Assembly (NCBI GenBank): GCA_964431835.1
Contig: CAYSKO010000004.1
Coordinates: forward strand, 7,519-71,518
Origin: an uncultured Planctomycetia bacterium
GTDB taxonomy: Bacteria; Omnitrophota; Gorgyraeia; 2-02-FULL-51-18
Length of the DNA: 64,000 nucleotides
Direction of reading: 5' to 3'
The translations under genes and the position numbers were made by a program. Every line of letters starts with the position of its first letter. Within the stretch, counting starts at the first letter, position 1. Under the pieces are notes generated by a model. It was not told where the DNA came from. It worked only from the letters and a program-made list of their open reading frames with translations, and did no database searches. Positions 32,010 to 41,432 of this stretch are shown here, piece after piece.

Positions 32010-33100
32010 CAGAACTCTCCCCAAACCAGGAGATCCGGACCGAGGGGCCGGATGGTCCACCGGCGGAAACGAACTGCGGATGAAAGTTTCGCTGGGCCGT
32101 CGCCTCCGACGGAACCGACCGCCGCGCGGCCGCCGACGAGAATCGGAGCGACGATGAAGCAAGCTTCGCGGGCGAAACCGCGCGCAAGAACCTCGGCGGT
32201 GACCTCCCCACCGCCTTCGACCAGCGCCCGCACGACCCCGAGTGCGCCGAGTGCACCGAAAAGCTTCGCGACGTCGACGCGGCCGCGGCGGCCGCCCACC
32301 GCCATGATCTCCGCCTTGCCGCGGTAGCGCCGGGCGACCGATGGCGACGGCTTCTTTACAGTCGCGAGGATAACCATTCCCGGAGAGGAAAAAATCTTTG
32401 CGCGTGGGGGCGTGCGGAGCGAGGAATCGAGAATCACTTTGAGCGCCGGGCGGCCCTTCTTCACGCCGCGCGCGTCGAGGCCGGGATCGTCGCGGAGCAC
32501 CGTGTTCACCCCGACAATCACGGCGTCGGAGCCGGCCCGGAGACCGTGCGCGAAGCGCCGCGCTTCGTCGCCGCTGATCCATTTGGACTCGCCGGTGCGG
32601 GTGGCGATCTTTCCGTCCAGGCTCTGCGCGGCCTTGAGCACGACGTAAGGGGTTTTGGTGCGAACCCAGTGGAAGAAGTCGCGGTTCATCGCTTCGCAGT
32701 CGGTGGCGAGCACGCCCGTATCGACGCGAATACCCGCCTTGCGCAAACGCGCGAAACCTTTGCCGGACACGAGCGGATTAGGGTCCTTGCAACCGGCGAC
32801 GACGCGCCATATCCCCGCGGCTTCGAGCAGGTCGGCGCAGGGCGGCGTCTTGCCGTGGTGGGCGCAGGGCTCCAGAGAGACGTAGATCGTGGCGCCCTTC
32901 GAGCGCACGCCGGCGGCGCGAAGCGCCTCAACTTCCGCGTGCGGCCCGCCGTATGCGCGGTGCCAGCCTTCACCGACGATGCGGCCGCCTTTCACGACGA
33001 CCGCGCCGACCATCGGGTTGGGATGCACGAGGCCCAAGCCCCGGCGCGCGAGCTCGAGCGCCCGGCGCATGAAGCGTTCGTCGTGCGCGGAGGGCTTCAT
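32009..33100 (-). CDS. ribD: bifunctional diaminohydroxyphosphoribosylaminopyrimidine deaminase / 5-amino-6-(5-phosphoribosylamino)uracil reductase
   Basis: ATG at 33098-33100; deaminase zinc motifs HAEVEAL and PCAHHGKTPPC; C-terminal reductase domain; 363 aa. Confidence 0.88.
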   Translation of the reverse strand: MKPSAHDERFMRRALELARRGLGLVHPNPMVGAVVVKGGRIVGEGWHRAYGGPHAEVEALRAAGVRSKGATIYVSLEPCAHHGKTPPCADLLEAAGIWRVVAGCKDPNPLVSGKGFARLRKAGIRVDTGVLATDCEAMNRDFFHWVRTKTPYVVLKAAQSLDGKIATRTGESKWISGDEARRFAHGLRAGSDAVIVGVNTVLRDDPGLDARGVKKGRPALKVILDSSLRTPPRAKIFSSPGMVILATVKKPSPSVARRYRGKAEIMAVGGRRGRVDVAKLFGALGALGVVRALVEGGGEVTAEVLARGFAREACFIVAPILVGGRAAVGSVGGDGPAKLSSAVRFRRWTIRPLGPDLLVWGEF

Positions 33101-33107
33101 CGCGAGG

Positions 33108-33557
33108 TTAATCGTTCTTCGCGATCTTGTCGAGGATGCCGTTGACGAACTTGGAGGAATCGGGCTCGCCGTAGCGTTTGGCGAGCTCAACAGCTTCGTT
33201 GATGGCGACCTTCACCGGAAGACCGTCGGTGAAACGCATCTCGAAAGTGGACAGTCTGAGAATATTCCGGTCAACGTACGCCATCCGGCGGATCTCCCAA
33301 TTTTCGGCGAACCGCTCGATTGTCTTGTCGATCTCGTCGAGCTTCTCGAGCGTTCCCCGTACGAGGAGTTCTGTGTACGAACGGACATCCTCGTCGTTTT
33401 TTTCGTGTTCGATCGCGTCGCGCTCGGTTTCGGAGAGCGTGAGCTCTCCCCGGTCCTTCCAAAAATCCATGAGCGCCTCTTCGGCGGTCGAGCGGCTCAC
33501 GTCGACCTGGTAGAGCACCTGCAGGGCGAATTCGCGGCTTCTTGTGCGCTTTCTCAA
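33108..33557 (-). CDS. nusB: transcription antitermination factor NusB
   Basis: Likely TTG at 33555-33557 overlapping the ribH stop (TTGA); product (M)[16 protein letters not shown]..., 149 aa. The track ORF starts 24 codons earlier, inside ribH. Confidence 0.75.
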   Translation of the reverse strand: MRKRTRSREFALQVLYQVDVSRSTAEEALMDFWKDRGELTLSETERDAIEHEKNDEDVRSYTELLVRGTLEKLDEIDKTIERFAENWEIRRMAYVDRNILRLSTFEMRFTDGLPVKVAINEAVELAKRYGEPDSSKFVNGILDKIAKND

Positions 33558-34075
33558 CGCTTTCCCTTCCGGCCGCGCGGTTCGAGGCCGCGGCAGAGAT
33601 TCGCCGTCTCGATCGCGGCGAGCGCCCACTCGCGGCCCTTGTTGGTGTGCTTCACGCCGACGCGGTCGATCGCCTGCTTCACGTTCTCCGCGGGGATCAT
33701 TCCGAGGATCACCGGAATCCCCGCTTCTTTGGAAAGATTCACGAGGCCCGCCGTCGCACCGTTCACGACCTGGTCGAAATGCTTCGTCTCGCCGCGGATC
33801 ACGATCGCGAGCGCGATCACCGCGTCTGGCTTCCCCGAAGCGATGAGCTTGCGTGCCACGAGCGGAATCTCGAACGCCCCGGGCACGTAGGCGACGCGGA
33901 CGTCTTTCTCGCGCGCGCCACTGCGTACGAGCGTGTCGAGAGCGCCGTCCAGGAGCTGGTTCGTCAGGTATTCGTTGAACTGGGACACGACGATCGCTAT
34001 TTTTAAGCCCCGCGCGTCGTACGAACCCTTGAGCCGGCGAACACCGGGAAATTTCTTTTTGCGTGCGTCAGGCAT
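33554..34075 (-). CDS. ribH: 6,7-dimethyl-8-ribityllumazine synthase
   Basis: ATG at 34073-34075; 173 aa; lumazine synthase core ([10 protein letters not shown]...GAFEIP). Confidence 0.88.
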   Translation of the reverse strand: MPDARKKKFPGVRRLKGSYDARGLKIAIVVSQFNEYLTNQLLDGALDTLVRSGAREKDVRVAYVPGAFEIPLVARKLIASGKPDAVIALAIVIRGETKHFDQVVNGATAGLVNLSKEAGIPVILGMIPAENVKQAIDRVGVKHTNKGREWALAAIETANLCRGLEPRGRKGKR

Positions 34076-35270
34076 GCTCGAGGAGGTGTCCCATCTTCTT
34101 TTTCTTCGTACGCAGGTATTTGCGGTTGTGCTCACCGGGCGTCACTTGAATCGGCACGCGTTCGACGACTTCGAGGCCGTAGCCCTCGAGACCGACGATT
34201 TTCTTGGGATTATTAGTCATGAGCTTGATCTTCTTGATGCCGAGGTCCGCGAGAATCTGGGCGCCCACACCGTAATGGCGCAGGTCCGCGGGGAAACCGA
34301 GGCGCTCGTTCGCCTGGACGGTGTCGAGACCCTCGTCTTGAAGTTGATAAGCCTTGAGCTTGTTGAGGAGGCCGATACCGCGGCCCTCCTGGCGCATGTA
34401 GAGGAGAACGCCCGAGCCCTCCTTCTGGATGTGTTCGAGCGCGCGGTCGAGCTGTTCACCACAGTCGCAGCGCTTCGACCCCAGCGCGTCGCCGGTCAGG
34501 CACTCCGAATGCACCCGAACGAGCGCCGGTTTTTTACCGCCCACATTCCCCTTCACAAGCGCGATGTGGTAATCCTTGTCGACCGTCGACTCGTACGCGA
34601 CGAGCTTGAAATCGCCGTAGCGGTTCGTAAGGCGTGTCTCGACGGCCTTGAAGACGAGCTTGTCTTTTTTTCGGCGGTATTCGATGAGGTCGCGGATCGT
34701 GCAGGTCTTGAGCTTGTGGCGGCGCGCGAACTTCGCGAGCTCGGGCATCCGGGCCATCGTCCCGTCGTCGTTCATGATTTCGCAGATGGCTCCGGCGGTC
34801 TTGAGTCCGGCTAGACGCATCAGGTCCACGCAGGCTTCGGTATGGCCGGCGCGCACAAGGACGCCGCCTTCACGCGCGCGAAGCGGAAAGATGTGGCCGG
34901 GGCGCACGAAGTCGCTTTTCGAGGATTTGGGATCAATTAACGAGCGGATCGTTTTCGACCGGTCGTAGGCCGAGATTCCCGTCGTCACCCCTTTTTTCGC
35001 GTCGATAGAGACGGTCCAGGCGGTCTTGAACTCGTCGCCGTCGCCCTGCACCATCAGGTCGATGCCTAGTTTCGCCAGGCGCTCGGACTCCATCGGCACG
35101 CAAACGATTCCGCGGCCGTGCTTCACCATGAAATTCACGTTCTCCGGCGTCGCGTGCTCGGCGGCGACGACGAGGTCGCCCTCGTTTTCGCGGTCCGCGT
35201 CGTCGACGACGATGACGACGCGTCCTTTTTTTAGGTCTGCCAGGATTTCGGGGATCGAGTGCGGTTTCAC
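34068..35270 (-). CDS. ribBA: bifunctional 3,4-dihydroxy-2-butanone-4-phosphate synthase / GTP cyclohydrolase II
   Basis: 400 aa; RibB half ([14 protein letters not shown]) and RibA half (CDCG zinc site, [10 protein letters not shown]). Confidence 0.9.
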   Translation of the reverse strand: MKPHSIPEILADLKKGRVVIVVDDADRENEGDLVVAAEHATPENVNFMVKHGRGIVCVPMESERLAKLGIDLMVQGDGDEFKTAWTVSIDAKKGVTTGISAYDRSKTIRSLIDPKSSKSDFVRPGHIFPLRAREGGVLVRAGHTEACVDLMRLAGLKTAGAICEIMNDDGTMARMPELAKFARRHKLKTCTIRDLIEYRRKKDKLVFKAVETRLTNRYGDFKLVAYESTVDKDYHIALVKGNVGGKKPALVRVHSECLTGDALGSKRCDCGEQLDRALEHIQKEGSGVLLYMRQEGRGIGLLNKLKAYQLQDEGLDTVQANERLGFPADLRHYGVGAQILADLGIKKIKLMTNNPKKIVGLEGYGLEVVERVPIQVTPGEHNRKYLRTKKKKMGHLLEHA

Positions 35271-35280
35271 GGTCTTCCTT

Positions 35281-36309
35281 TTAGAAATACTCGTTCAGAA
35301 ACTCGGCGGCCTTGCGGCGCGTCGCAGACAAAAGACCTTTTTGCGGACGGAGAGCCGTCCGTGAGTGCAGGCGGTCGGCCGCGAGCAAGAGCCCGGCGAC
35401 AGGAGCCTGCGACGCTTGCGAAAGCCCCTCAACGCCCTGGGGATACGCGCGGCGCGTCGCGATGCCGGAGGAAGCGAACGCTTCGAGTGTGGCCTCATCC
35501 TCGGCGAGGTCCCCGGTCAGGAGAAGCTCCTCGGCGCCGCCCGCTTCGGCGGCGGCTTCGGAGACGGCGGCCGCAAGACGGGCGGCCGTCCCGGTCCGCT
35601 CGCACGCTGCGAACGTGCGGTACGCGGAGACGACGGGCCCCGAGCACGCGAAAACGGTCACGACGTCCCGGCCCACGTCGGCCACCACACGGGTCCCCTT
35701 CGCGCCTTCGGGAAGGACGGCCGTGGCGATCGAGAGGGCCGTCGGGTGCGCGATCGCGGTTCCCACGAGCGCCCGGCGGAGGACGGACTGCCAGGCTTCC
35801 CAGTGCTCGGCCCGGGCCAGAAGAACGTGAAGTGTCACGTCAAGCTTCCGGCCGAATGCCCCGACCGGGTCCGGAACAGCATCCCTATCGTCGATTAGAT
35901 AAGCCACCGGGCGGGAGTAGACGATCCGCCGGTCGAACTCTTCGGCCATGCGCTCGGCCGAACGGCACGCGTCGGCGACATCGGAAGCCGCAATCTCCCC
36001 TTCGCCGGCGAGAACTTTCGACCCCGCGATCTTCACCGAGCGCATGCCGGGATCGTCGAAATTATAATGGATCTCATCCACGGTGAAGCCCGCTTGACGC
36101 TCGGCCGCGGCCAGTGCCTCGGCCACGGATTCGGCGGCGTCGCCCACGTGCACAACTTCTCCGCCGCGAACACCGCTCGAATCCGCCCGCCCCGTGGCTG
36201 CCACGCGCAAACCCGCCTCGGTCTTCTCGGCCAGAACAACCGTCACTGCCTCGGCGCCGAAATCCAGCGCCGCGACCGCGTTTCCGCGGATGTTTTTCGG
36301 AAGCTTCAT
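35281..36309 (-). CDS. ftsA: cell division protein FtsA (actin-like ATPase, short form)
   Basis: 342 aa; aligns by eye to FtsA through the 1A/1C/2A subdomains; ends in an amphipathic ...[12 protein letters not shown] tail; sits immediately after ftsQ. Confidence 0.65.
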   Translation of the reverse strand: MKLPKNIRGNAVAALDFGAEAVTVVLAEKTEAGLRVAATGRADSSGVRGGEVVHVGDAAESVAEALAAAERQAGFTVDEIHYNFDDPGMRSVKIAGSKVLAGEGEIAASDVADACRSAERMAEEFDRRIVYSRPVAYLIDDRDAVPDPVGAFGRKLDVTLHVLLARAEHWEAWQSVLRRALVGTAIAHPTALSIATAVLPEGAKGTRVVADVGRDVVTVFACSGPVVSAYRTFAACERTGTAARLAAAVSEAAAEAGGAEELLLTGDLAEDEATLEAFASSGIATRRAYPQGVEGLSQASQAPVAGLLLAADRLHSRTALRPQKGLLSATRRKAAEFLNEYF

Positions 36310-37115
36310 CGGGGCCCGATGACGACGTCGTCGAAGCGCAGGTCGATGTATTTGATCTTGGCGCGGTCGAGGCCCACAGTTTTGAGTGTCTGGTCCAGGA
36401 TCTTGAGGCGTTCAATGAAATGGCCGCCGCCGATCCGGATCTCGACGTCGCCGTCAACGATGAGGGAAACGTTGTTCGGGTCGCGCACGTCGATCTTGTT
36501 GAGCGAGTGCCCTTTCAGCACGTCCGAGCTCTTGAGAATCTCCGAGAGTTTGACCGCTTTCTTCGCGTTCGGGTCCGACACGGTGACGCCGACGAAAAGG
36601 CCGGGCTTCGGGGTCTTTACGCCTTCGATGACGGTGAGATTCTTGAACGGTGACGCGGACGACCCCGGTAAAAGCACCATGTCCTTGTCGATCTGGACGA
36701 AACGGCCGAAGTCGACTTGGGCTGAGGGAGTCCTTCGCTTCAGCACCACCTCGACGCGGTTGGGCAGTACACGCTTCACGCGGACTTCCTTGAACTCGGG
36801 GTGCTTGCGCTTGATGACCTGCTGGACGTTCACGAGGTCGAGGTTGATCAGATTCTCGCCAGGGCGAAGCTCACAGAATTCGAACGCTTGGCGGTTCGTG
36901 AGGGTGCCGGCGTTCAGGACCCGCACTTCTTCGAGCCCGAAGGTGGGGGAATTCACCGCGTAGGCGAAGACGCCGCCGAAGAGGAGCACGACGAACGCCA
37001 GCGAGAGGAGAAACTGAAAGGAGCCACGGACGAGGCTCCACAGCGCGGCCGCGACCTTCACGGAAACGGCGGCTCCGTTTTTTCTCTTCACTCGCGTTTT
37101 CAAAGGTTTAACCAT
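36306..37115 (-). CDS. ftsQ: cell division protein FtsQ/DivIB
   Basis: 269 aa; N-terminal TM, POTRA and beta domains. Confidence 0.75.
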   Translation of the reverse strand: MVKPLKTRVKRKNGAAVSVKVAAALWSLVRGSFQFLLSLAFVVLLFGGVFAYAVNSPTFGLEEVRVLNAGTLTNRQAFEFCELRPGENLINLDLVNVQQVIKRKHPEFKEVRVKRVLPNRVEVVLKRRTPSAQVDFGRFVQIDKDMVLLPGSSASPFKNLTVIEGVKTPKPGLFVGVTVSDPNAKKAVKLSEILKSSDVLKGHSLNKIDVRDPNNVSLIVDGDVEIRIGGGHFIERLKILDQTLKTVGLDRAKIKYIDLRFDDVVIGPR

Positions 37116-38034
37116 CGACCCCCACCCTCGCCCGGTTCAAAGACAGTTCCAAGATTTTAACACAAAGCGCGGGAAAGTCGATTCCCGCCGCCTTGGCCGC
37201 TTTGGGGAGCAGGCTCTTGCCCGTGAGGCCGGGAATGGTGTTGATCTCGAGCACGTACGGCTCCCGGTCGTCTTCCGACAGGATCACGTCGACGCGGCCC
37301 ATGACCTCGCAGCCGATCGCGCGGTAAGCCGTGAGCGCCGCGGACCCGACGCGGGCGGCTTCGTCGGCCGAAAGACGCGCCGGCGCCTCGTAGCGCGTGC
37401 CCGACTCTCCGTACTTCGCCTCGTAATCGTAAAATTTACGGCCAGGGATCACCTCCACCACCGGCAGCGCCTCGTCGCCCAAAATGCCGACCGTCAGCTC
37501 GCGGCCCTTCACGAAGCGATCCACCACCGCGTGGTCTGAGAAACGGAACGCCTCCTCGAGCGCCGCCTGAAAACCCGACGGGTCGCGCACGATCGTCACG
37601 CCACAGCTCGACCCGGACGTCGCGGGCTTCACGACGAACGGCGCGCCGAACGGCGCGCGGCCGGGAACAGCGTCTTTAGCGATGACGCGGAAATCGGGAA
37701 CGCGGATGCCCGCCTCCTTAAAAATGGCTTGGGCGCGCGACTTGTCGAAAGAGCGCTCGCTCGCAGCGGCCCCCGCCCCCGTGTAACGGATGCCCTCCGC
37801 CTCGAGGAGGCGTTGGATCTGCCCGTCCTCGCCGAAGGTTCCGTGAAGCGCGATGAACGCGGCCTTGGCTCCCGAGGCGCGAAGCTCCGAAAGGAAATCC
37901 CCAACGGGATCGACCACGACGACTTCGAATCCGGCGGAACGCAGCGCTTCGGCCACGGCCTTTCCGGACACGAGCGAGACTTCGCGTTCGCACGACGGGC
38001 CGCCCGCGAGGACGGCGATTTTTTTGGGAATCAC
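37108..38034 (-). CDS. ddl: D-alanine--D-alanine ligase
   Basis: GTG at 38032-38034 overlapping the murC-murB stop (GTGA); product (M)IPKKIAVLAGGPS...; ATP-grasp; 309 aa. The track ORF 37108..38238 over-extends. Confidence 0.85.
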   Translation of the reverse strand: MIPKKIAVLAGGPSCEREVSLVSGKAVAEALRSAGFEVVVVDPVGDFLSELRASGAKAAFIALHGTFGEDGQIQRLLEAEGIRYTGAGAAASERSFDKSRAQAIFKEAGIRVPDFRVIAKDAVPGRAPFGAPFVVKPATSGSSCGVTIVRDPSGFQAALEEAFRFSDHAVVDRFVKGRELTVGILGDEALPVVEVIPGRKFYDYEAKYGESGTRYEAPARLSADEAARVGSAALTAYRAIGCEVMGRVDVILSEDDREPYVLEINTIPGLTGKSLLPKAAKAAGIDFPALCVKILELSLNRARVGVDG

Positions 38035-40316
38035 AGGATCTTCACCTCGGTTTCGAGATCGACGTCGAATTTTTTCTTCACTTCCTCCTGCACCTCGCGG
38101 ATGAGCCGCACCACGTCCTCGGAAGACGCGCCGCCCAGATTCACGATGAAATTGGCGTGACGCGCGGATACCTGCGCGCGCCCGACGGTCCGCCCCTTCA
38201 GACCCGCATCGTCGATAAGCTTCCCGGCGCTCGCGCACTGCGCGTTGTCCGGGTTCTTGAACATGCAGCCCGCGCTCGGATGCTGGAGATCCTGGGTTTT
38301 GAAGCGGTAGTCGCGGTATTCCTCCAGGCGCTTCAACGTCTCGGCTTTTTCGGCTGCAGGCAGGCGGAACGCCGCTTCCGCGATCACGACGTCCGTGAGT
38401 CCAGAAGCCCGGTAACGGAACGGGATTTCCTCGCGCTTCATCGCGAACGGCCGGCCGTCGAAACGCACCCCGGCCACTCTCTCGACGCGCGCGTCGATTG
38501 ATTGCTTATGGCTTCCCGCGTTCATCGCGACGGAACCGCCGACGTTCCCCGGGATGCCCGCGAGGAATTCGCAGCCACCTAAGCTCCGCTCCACAGCGAA
38601 CTGGATGAACACGGTGTTCGGTACGCCCGCGCGCGCGACCACGAGGCCGTCCGTCTCCACGCGGATCTCCTTCCAATACGGCCCAGCGAGATGGATCACC
38701 GCGCCGTCCACCCCGTCGTCGGGCGCGACGAGATTGGACCCCGCGCCGATCACCTGGACGGAGATGCCGCTCCGGCGGCAGAAGTCGAGGGCGCGTGCCA
38801 AGTCGTCGACATCCTCCGGTTCGAGCCAGTACTCGGCCGGCCCACCGACCTTCAGCATCGTATGCTTGGAGAGAGGCTCCTCCCGGAGCGTCTTGCCCCG
38901 GAATCCTGGAAAAAGAGGCGCGCGGTCGGGCGACGGCGCGCGGCGCTCGGCAAGCCATTCGGCCGCCTTGTGCGCGATCTGATAAACGTCGCCGGCGCCG
39001 AGCGCGAGAAAAAGATCGCCGGGCTTAAGCTCGGCGAGCACCGCCTCTTCGAGCTTCGCGCGTTCCACGTAGCGCGCGTCGGCGTGGCCGGTCGCCGTGA
39101 CCGCCGCGGCGAGGCGCTCCCCGCTCACGCCCTCGATCGGCGTCTCGCTTGCGGCGTAGACGTCTGTCACGAAAAGCTTATCCACGTCGCCGAAGCTCAC
39201 GGCGAACCCTTCGAGAAAGTCGCGCGTGCGCGTATAGCGGTGCGGCTGGAACGCGGCGAAAAGGCGACGGGGCTTAAGGGCGCGTGCGGCGGCCAGCGTC
39301 TTCTGAAGCTCGGTGGGATGGTGAGCGTAATCGTCAACGATCGTGAATTCGGCGTCTTCGAAACGCACGTCGAAGCGGCGGCCGGCGCCGAGGTATTTCC
39401 CGAGGGCGCGCGAGATCGTCTCGAAGGGAATCCCGATTTTAAGTCCCACGCCGATCGCCGCGAGCGAATTGAGCACGTTGTGCTTACCGATGATGCGAAG
39501 ATGCACGATCCCGAGGCACAGGCCGTCCTTCCAGGCCCGGTACGAGACACCCCGTTTTCCTCCGGGACATTCGACGACGTCGGTCGCGTAGATGCCGGCT
39601 TTGCGGGGCTCGAGCCCGTAGAGGGTCGCGCGGCGCAGGCGCTCACCCGCGAGCTTGGCCACGCGCGGATCGTCGCCGCAGCCAAACCACTCGCCCTCGC
39701 GCGGAAGGCGCTCGATGAACGCGCGGAATGCGTCCTCGACACGCTCCACCGTGCCGAAATGGTCCAGGTGCTCGGCTTCCACGTTTGTGACGACCGCAAG
39801 GTGGGGGGCGAAGCGCAGGAACGACGAGTCGCTCTCGTCGGCCTCGATGACGATCTCGGGGCCGCTGCCCACGACGGCGTTCCCGCCGAACGAGATCACG
39901 AGCCCGCCGACGACGATCGACGGATCGCGGCCCGCCTCCTGCAATACGGTGCCGACGAGCGCGGTGGTCGTGGTCTTTCCGTGCGTGCCAGCGATCGCGA
40001 TGGTGCGCTTGTCGCGGCAGATGTCGGCGAGCGCCTCGGCGCGGTGCATGATCTGGAGTCCCCTCTCGCGCGCCGCGCGGCGCTCGGGATGATCCTCAGG
40101 GATCGAAGAGGAATAAACGACCACGTCCGCGCCGTTGATATGCGAGGCGTCGTGTCCGATCATGATCCGCATGCCGGAGCGCTCCATCGACGTCAGAAGT
40201 TCGGTCTTCTTCACGTCGCTGCCCTGCACGTTCCAGCCGCGCGACTGGTAGATTCGCGCGATGCCGCTCATGCCGATGCCGCCGATACCGATCAGATGCA
40301 CCCGTTTGGCGTTCAT
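38031..40316 (-). CDS. murC: fused UDP-N-acetylmuramate--L-alanine ligase / UDP-N-acetylenolpyruvoylglucosamine reductase (MurC-MurB fusion)
   Basis: 761 aa; residues 1-470 are MurC (GIGGIGMSG, GTHGKTTTT); residues 480-761 are MurB (FAD-binding, GAGSNL). Confidence 0.85.
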   Translation of the reverse strand: MNAKRVHLIGIGGIGMSGIARIYQSRGWNVQGSDVKKTELLTSMERSGMRIMIGHDASHINGADVVVYSSSIPEDHPERRAARERGLQIMHRAEALADICRDKRTIAIAGTHGKTTTTALVGTVLQEAGRDPSIVVGGLVISFGGNAVVGSGPEIVIEADESDSSFLRFAPHLAVVTNVEAEHLDHFGTVERVEDAFRAFIERLPREGEWFGCGDDPRVAKLAGERLRRATLYGLEPRKAGIYATDVVECPGGKRGVSYRAWKDGLCLGIVHLRIIGKHNVLNSLAAIGVGLKIGIPFETISRALGKYLGAGRRFDVRFEDAEFTIVDDYAHHPTELQKTLAAARALKPRRLFAAFQPHRYTRTRDFLEGFAVSFGDVDKLFVTDVYAASETPIEGVSGERLAAAVTATGHADARYVERAKLEEAVLAELKPGDLFLALGAGDVYQIAHKAAEWLAERRAPSPDRAPLFPGFRGKTLREEPLSKHTMLKVGGPAEYWLEPEDVDDLARALDFCRRSGISVQVIGAGSNLVAPDDGVDGAVIHLAGPYWKEIRVETDGLVVARAGVPNTVFIQFAVERSLGGCEFLAGIPGNVGGSVAMNAGSHKQSIDARVERVAGVRFDGRPFAMKREEIPFRYRASGLTDVVIAEAAFRLPAAEKAETLKRLEEYRDYRFKTQDLQHPSAGCMFKNPDNAQCASAGKLIDDAGLKGRTVGRAQVSARHANFIVNLGGASSEDVVRLIREVQEEVKKKFDVDLETEVKIL

Positions 40317-41416
40317 CGGGCCGCATTCTCCAAGATGAAATCGGCCAACCGCACGCGTGCCTGGGCGGCGGGGGCGGTTTCGGGAAACGGGGGGCCGGGA
40401 GCGTCCAGATAACGGCCGACGAGCGATGCGAGCGTCGCCGGCGTCAGCGTCTCCTGCTCGACCACGACCGCGTCGCGGCCGCGGGCGTAGGCGCGCGCGT
40501 TGTGGCGCTGGTGGCCGTCGCCGAAAGGATACGGAATCAGGATGGTGGGGATGCGTTTCACCGCGACTTCCGCTAGAAAAGTCGCGCCCGCGCGGCCCAC
40601 CGCGACGTCGGCCGCGCCGTAAGCCAGGTCCATCCGATCAAAGAAGGAATAAGCTTTCGAGCGCAGGCCCATCGCCGCGTAGCGCCGCTCCGCCTCTTCG
40701 GGTTTCATGCGCCCGCAAAGATGAAGCACCTGCGTTCGCTCCTTGAGCGCCGGGACCCACGTCTCGGCCGCCGCGAGAAAAAGAACGTTGATCGATTCCG
40801 CTCCCTGGCTCCCGCCCAGAACGAGCACGGTACGGCGGTCCGGCGCGAAACCGAAGAACTCCAGAGCTTCGCGCCTGCAGTCGCGCTCAATCGACGAACG
40901 GATTGGGTTGCCCGTCACGCGAACGCGGGGCCCCCGACCGAGGCGGCCGCCGGTTTCCTCGTAGGAGAGCGCCACTCCGCGCGCCACGCGCGCGAGAACG
41001 CGGTTGGCGAATCCAGGCGCGACGTTCTGCTCGTGAATCAGCGTCGGGATCCCCATGAACCGCGCAGCGACAACCGCCGGAAACGAGACGTAGCCGCCGA
41101 AACCGACCACCACGTGCGGTTTCTCCTCGCGCAGGAACTCCGCGCAGCGGCGGAAACCCGACGCCAGGCTCTTCAGGAAGGACGGTCGTAAAAGAGATTT
41201 AAGGCCCGCGAACGGGGCCGAGTCGATCGGGCGCGCCGCGCCGTGCGGCGCGTTCTTCAAGATCGCGCTTTCGATGTCCTTTTTTCCGCAAACGTACGTG
41301 ATGCGGGCGTCGGGACGGCGCCTGAGAATCTCCTCCGCCACGGCGATCGCGGGAAAGATGTGGCCGCCGGTCCCGCCGCAGGCGAAAACCACTCGGAGCG
41401 GAGAAGATGGCTGCAT
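40313..41416 (-). CDS. murG: undecaprenyldiphospho-muramoylpentapeptide beta-N-acetylglucosaminyltransferase
   Basis: Internal ATG at 41414-41416 gives MQPSSPLRVVFACGGTGGHIFPA..., 367 aa. The track ORF over-extends into ftsW. Confidence 0.85.
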   Translation of the reverse strand: MQPSSPLRVVFACGGTGGHIFPAIAVAEEILRRRPDARITYVCGKKDIESAILKNAPHGAARPIDSAPFAGLKSLLRPSFLKSLASGFRRCAEFLREEKPHVVVGFGGYVSFPAVVAARFMGIPTLIHEQNVAPGFANRVLARVARGVALSYEETGGRLGRGPRVRVTGNPIRSSIERDCRREALEFFGFAPDRRTVLVLGGSQGAESINVLFLAAAETWVPALKERTQVLHLCGRMKPEEAERRYAAMGLRSKAYSFFDRMDLAYGAADVAVGRAGATFLAEVAVKRIPTILIPYPFGDGHQRHNARAYARGRDAVVVEQETLTPATLASLVGRYLDAPGPPFPETAPAAQARVRLADFILENAAR

Positions 41417-41432
41417 GATGAGCCCGATTGTA

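Noticed and set aside
35271-35280. Possible FMN riboswitch (RFN element) upstream of ribBA
   Set aside because: Only 10 nt separate the ftsA stop from the ribBA start, so there is no room for an about 140-nt aptamer. No RFN-like conserved motifs were seen elsewhere near the rib genes.
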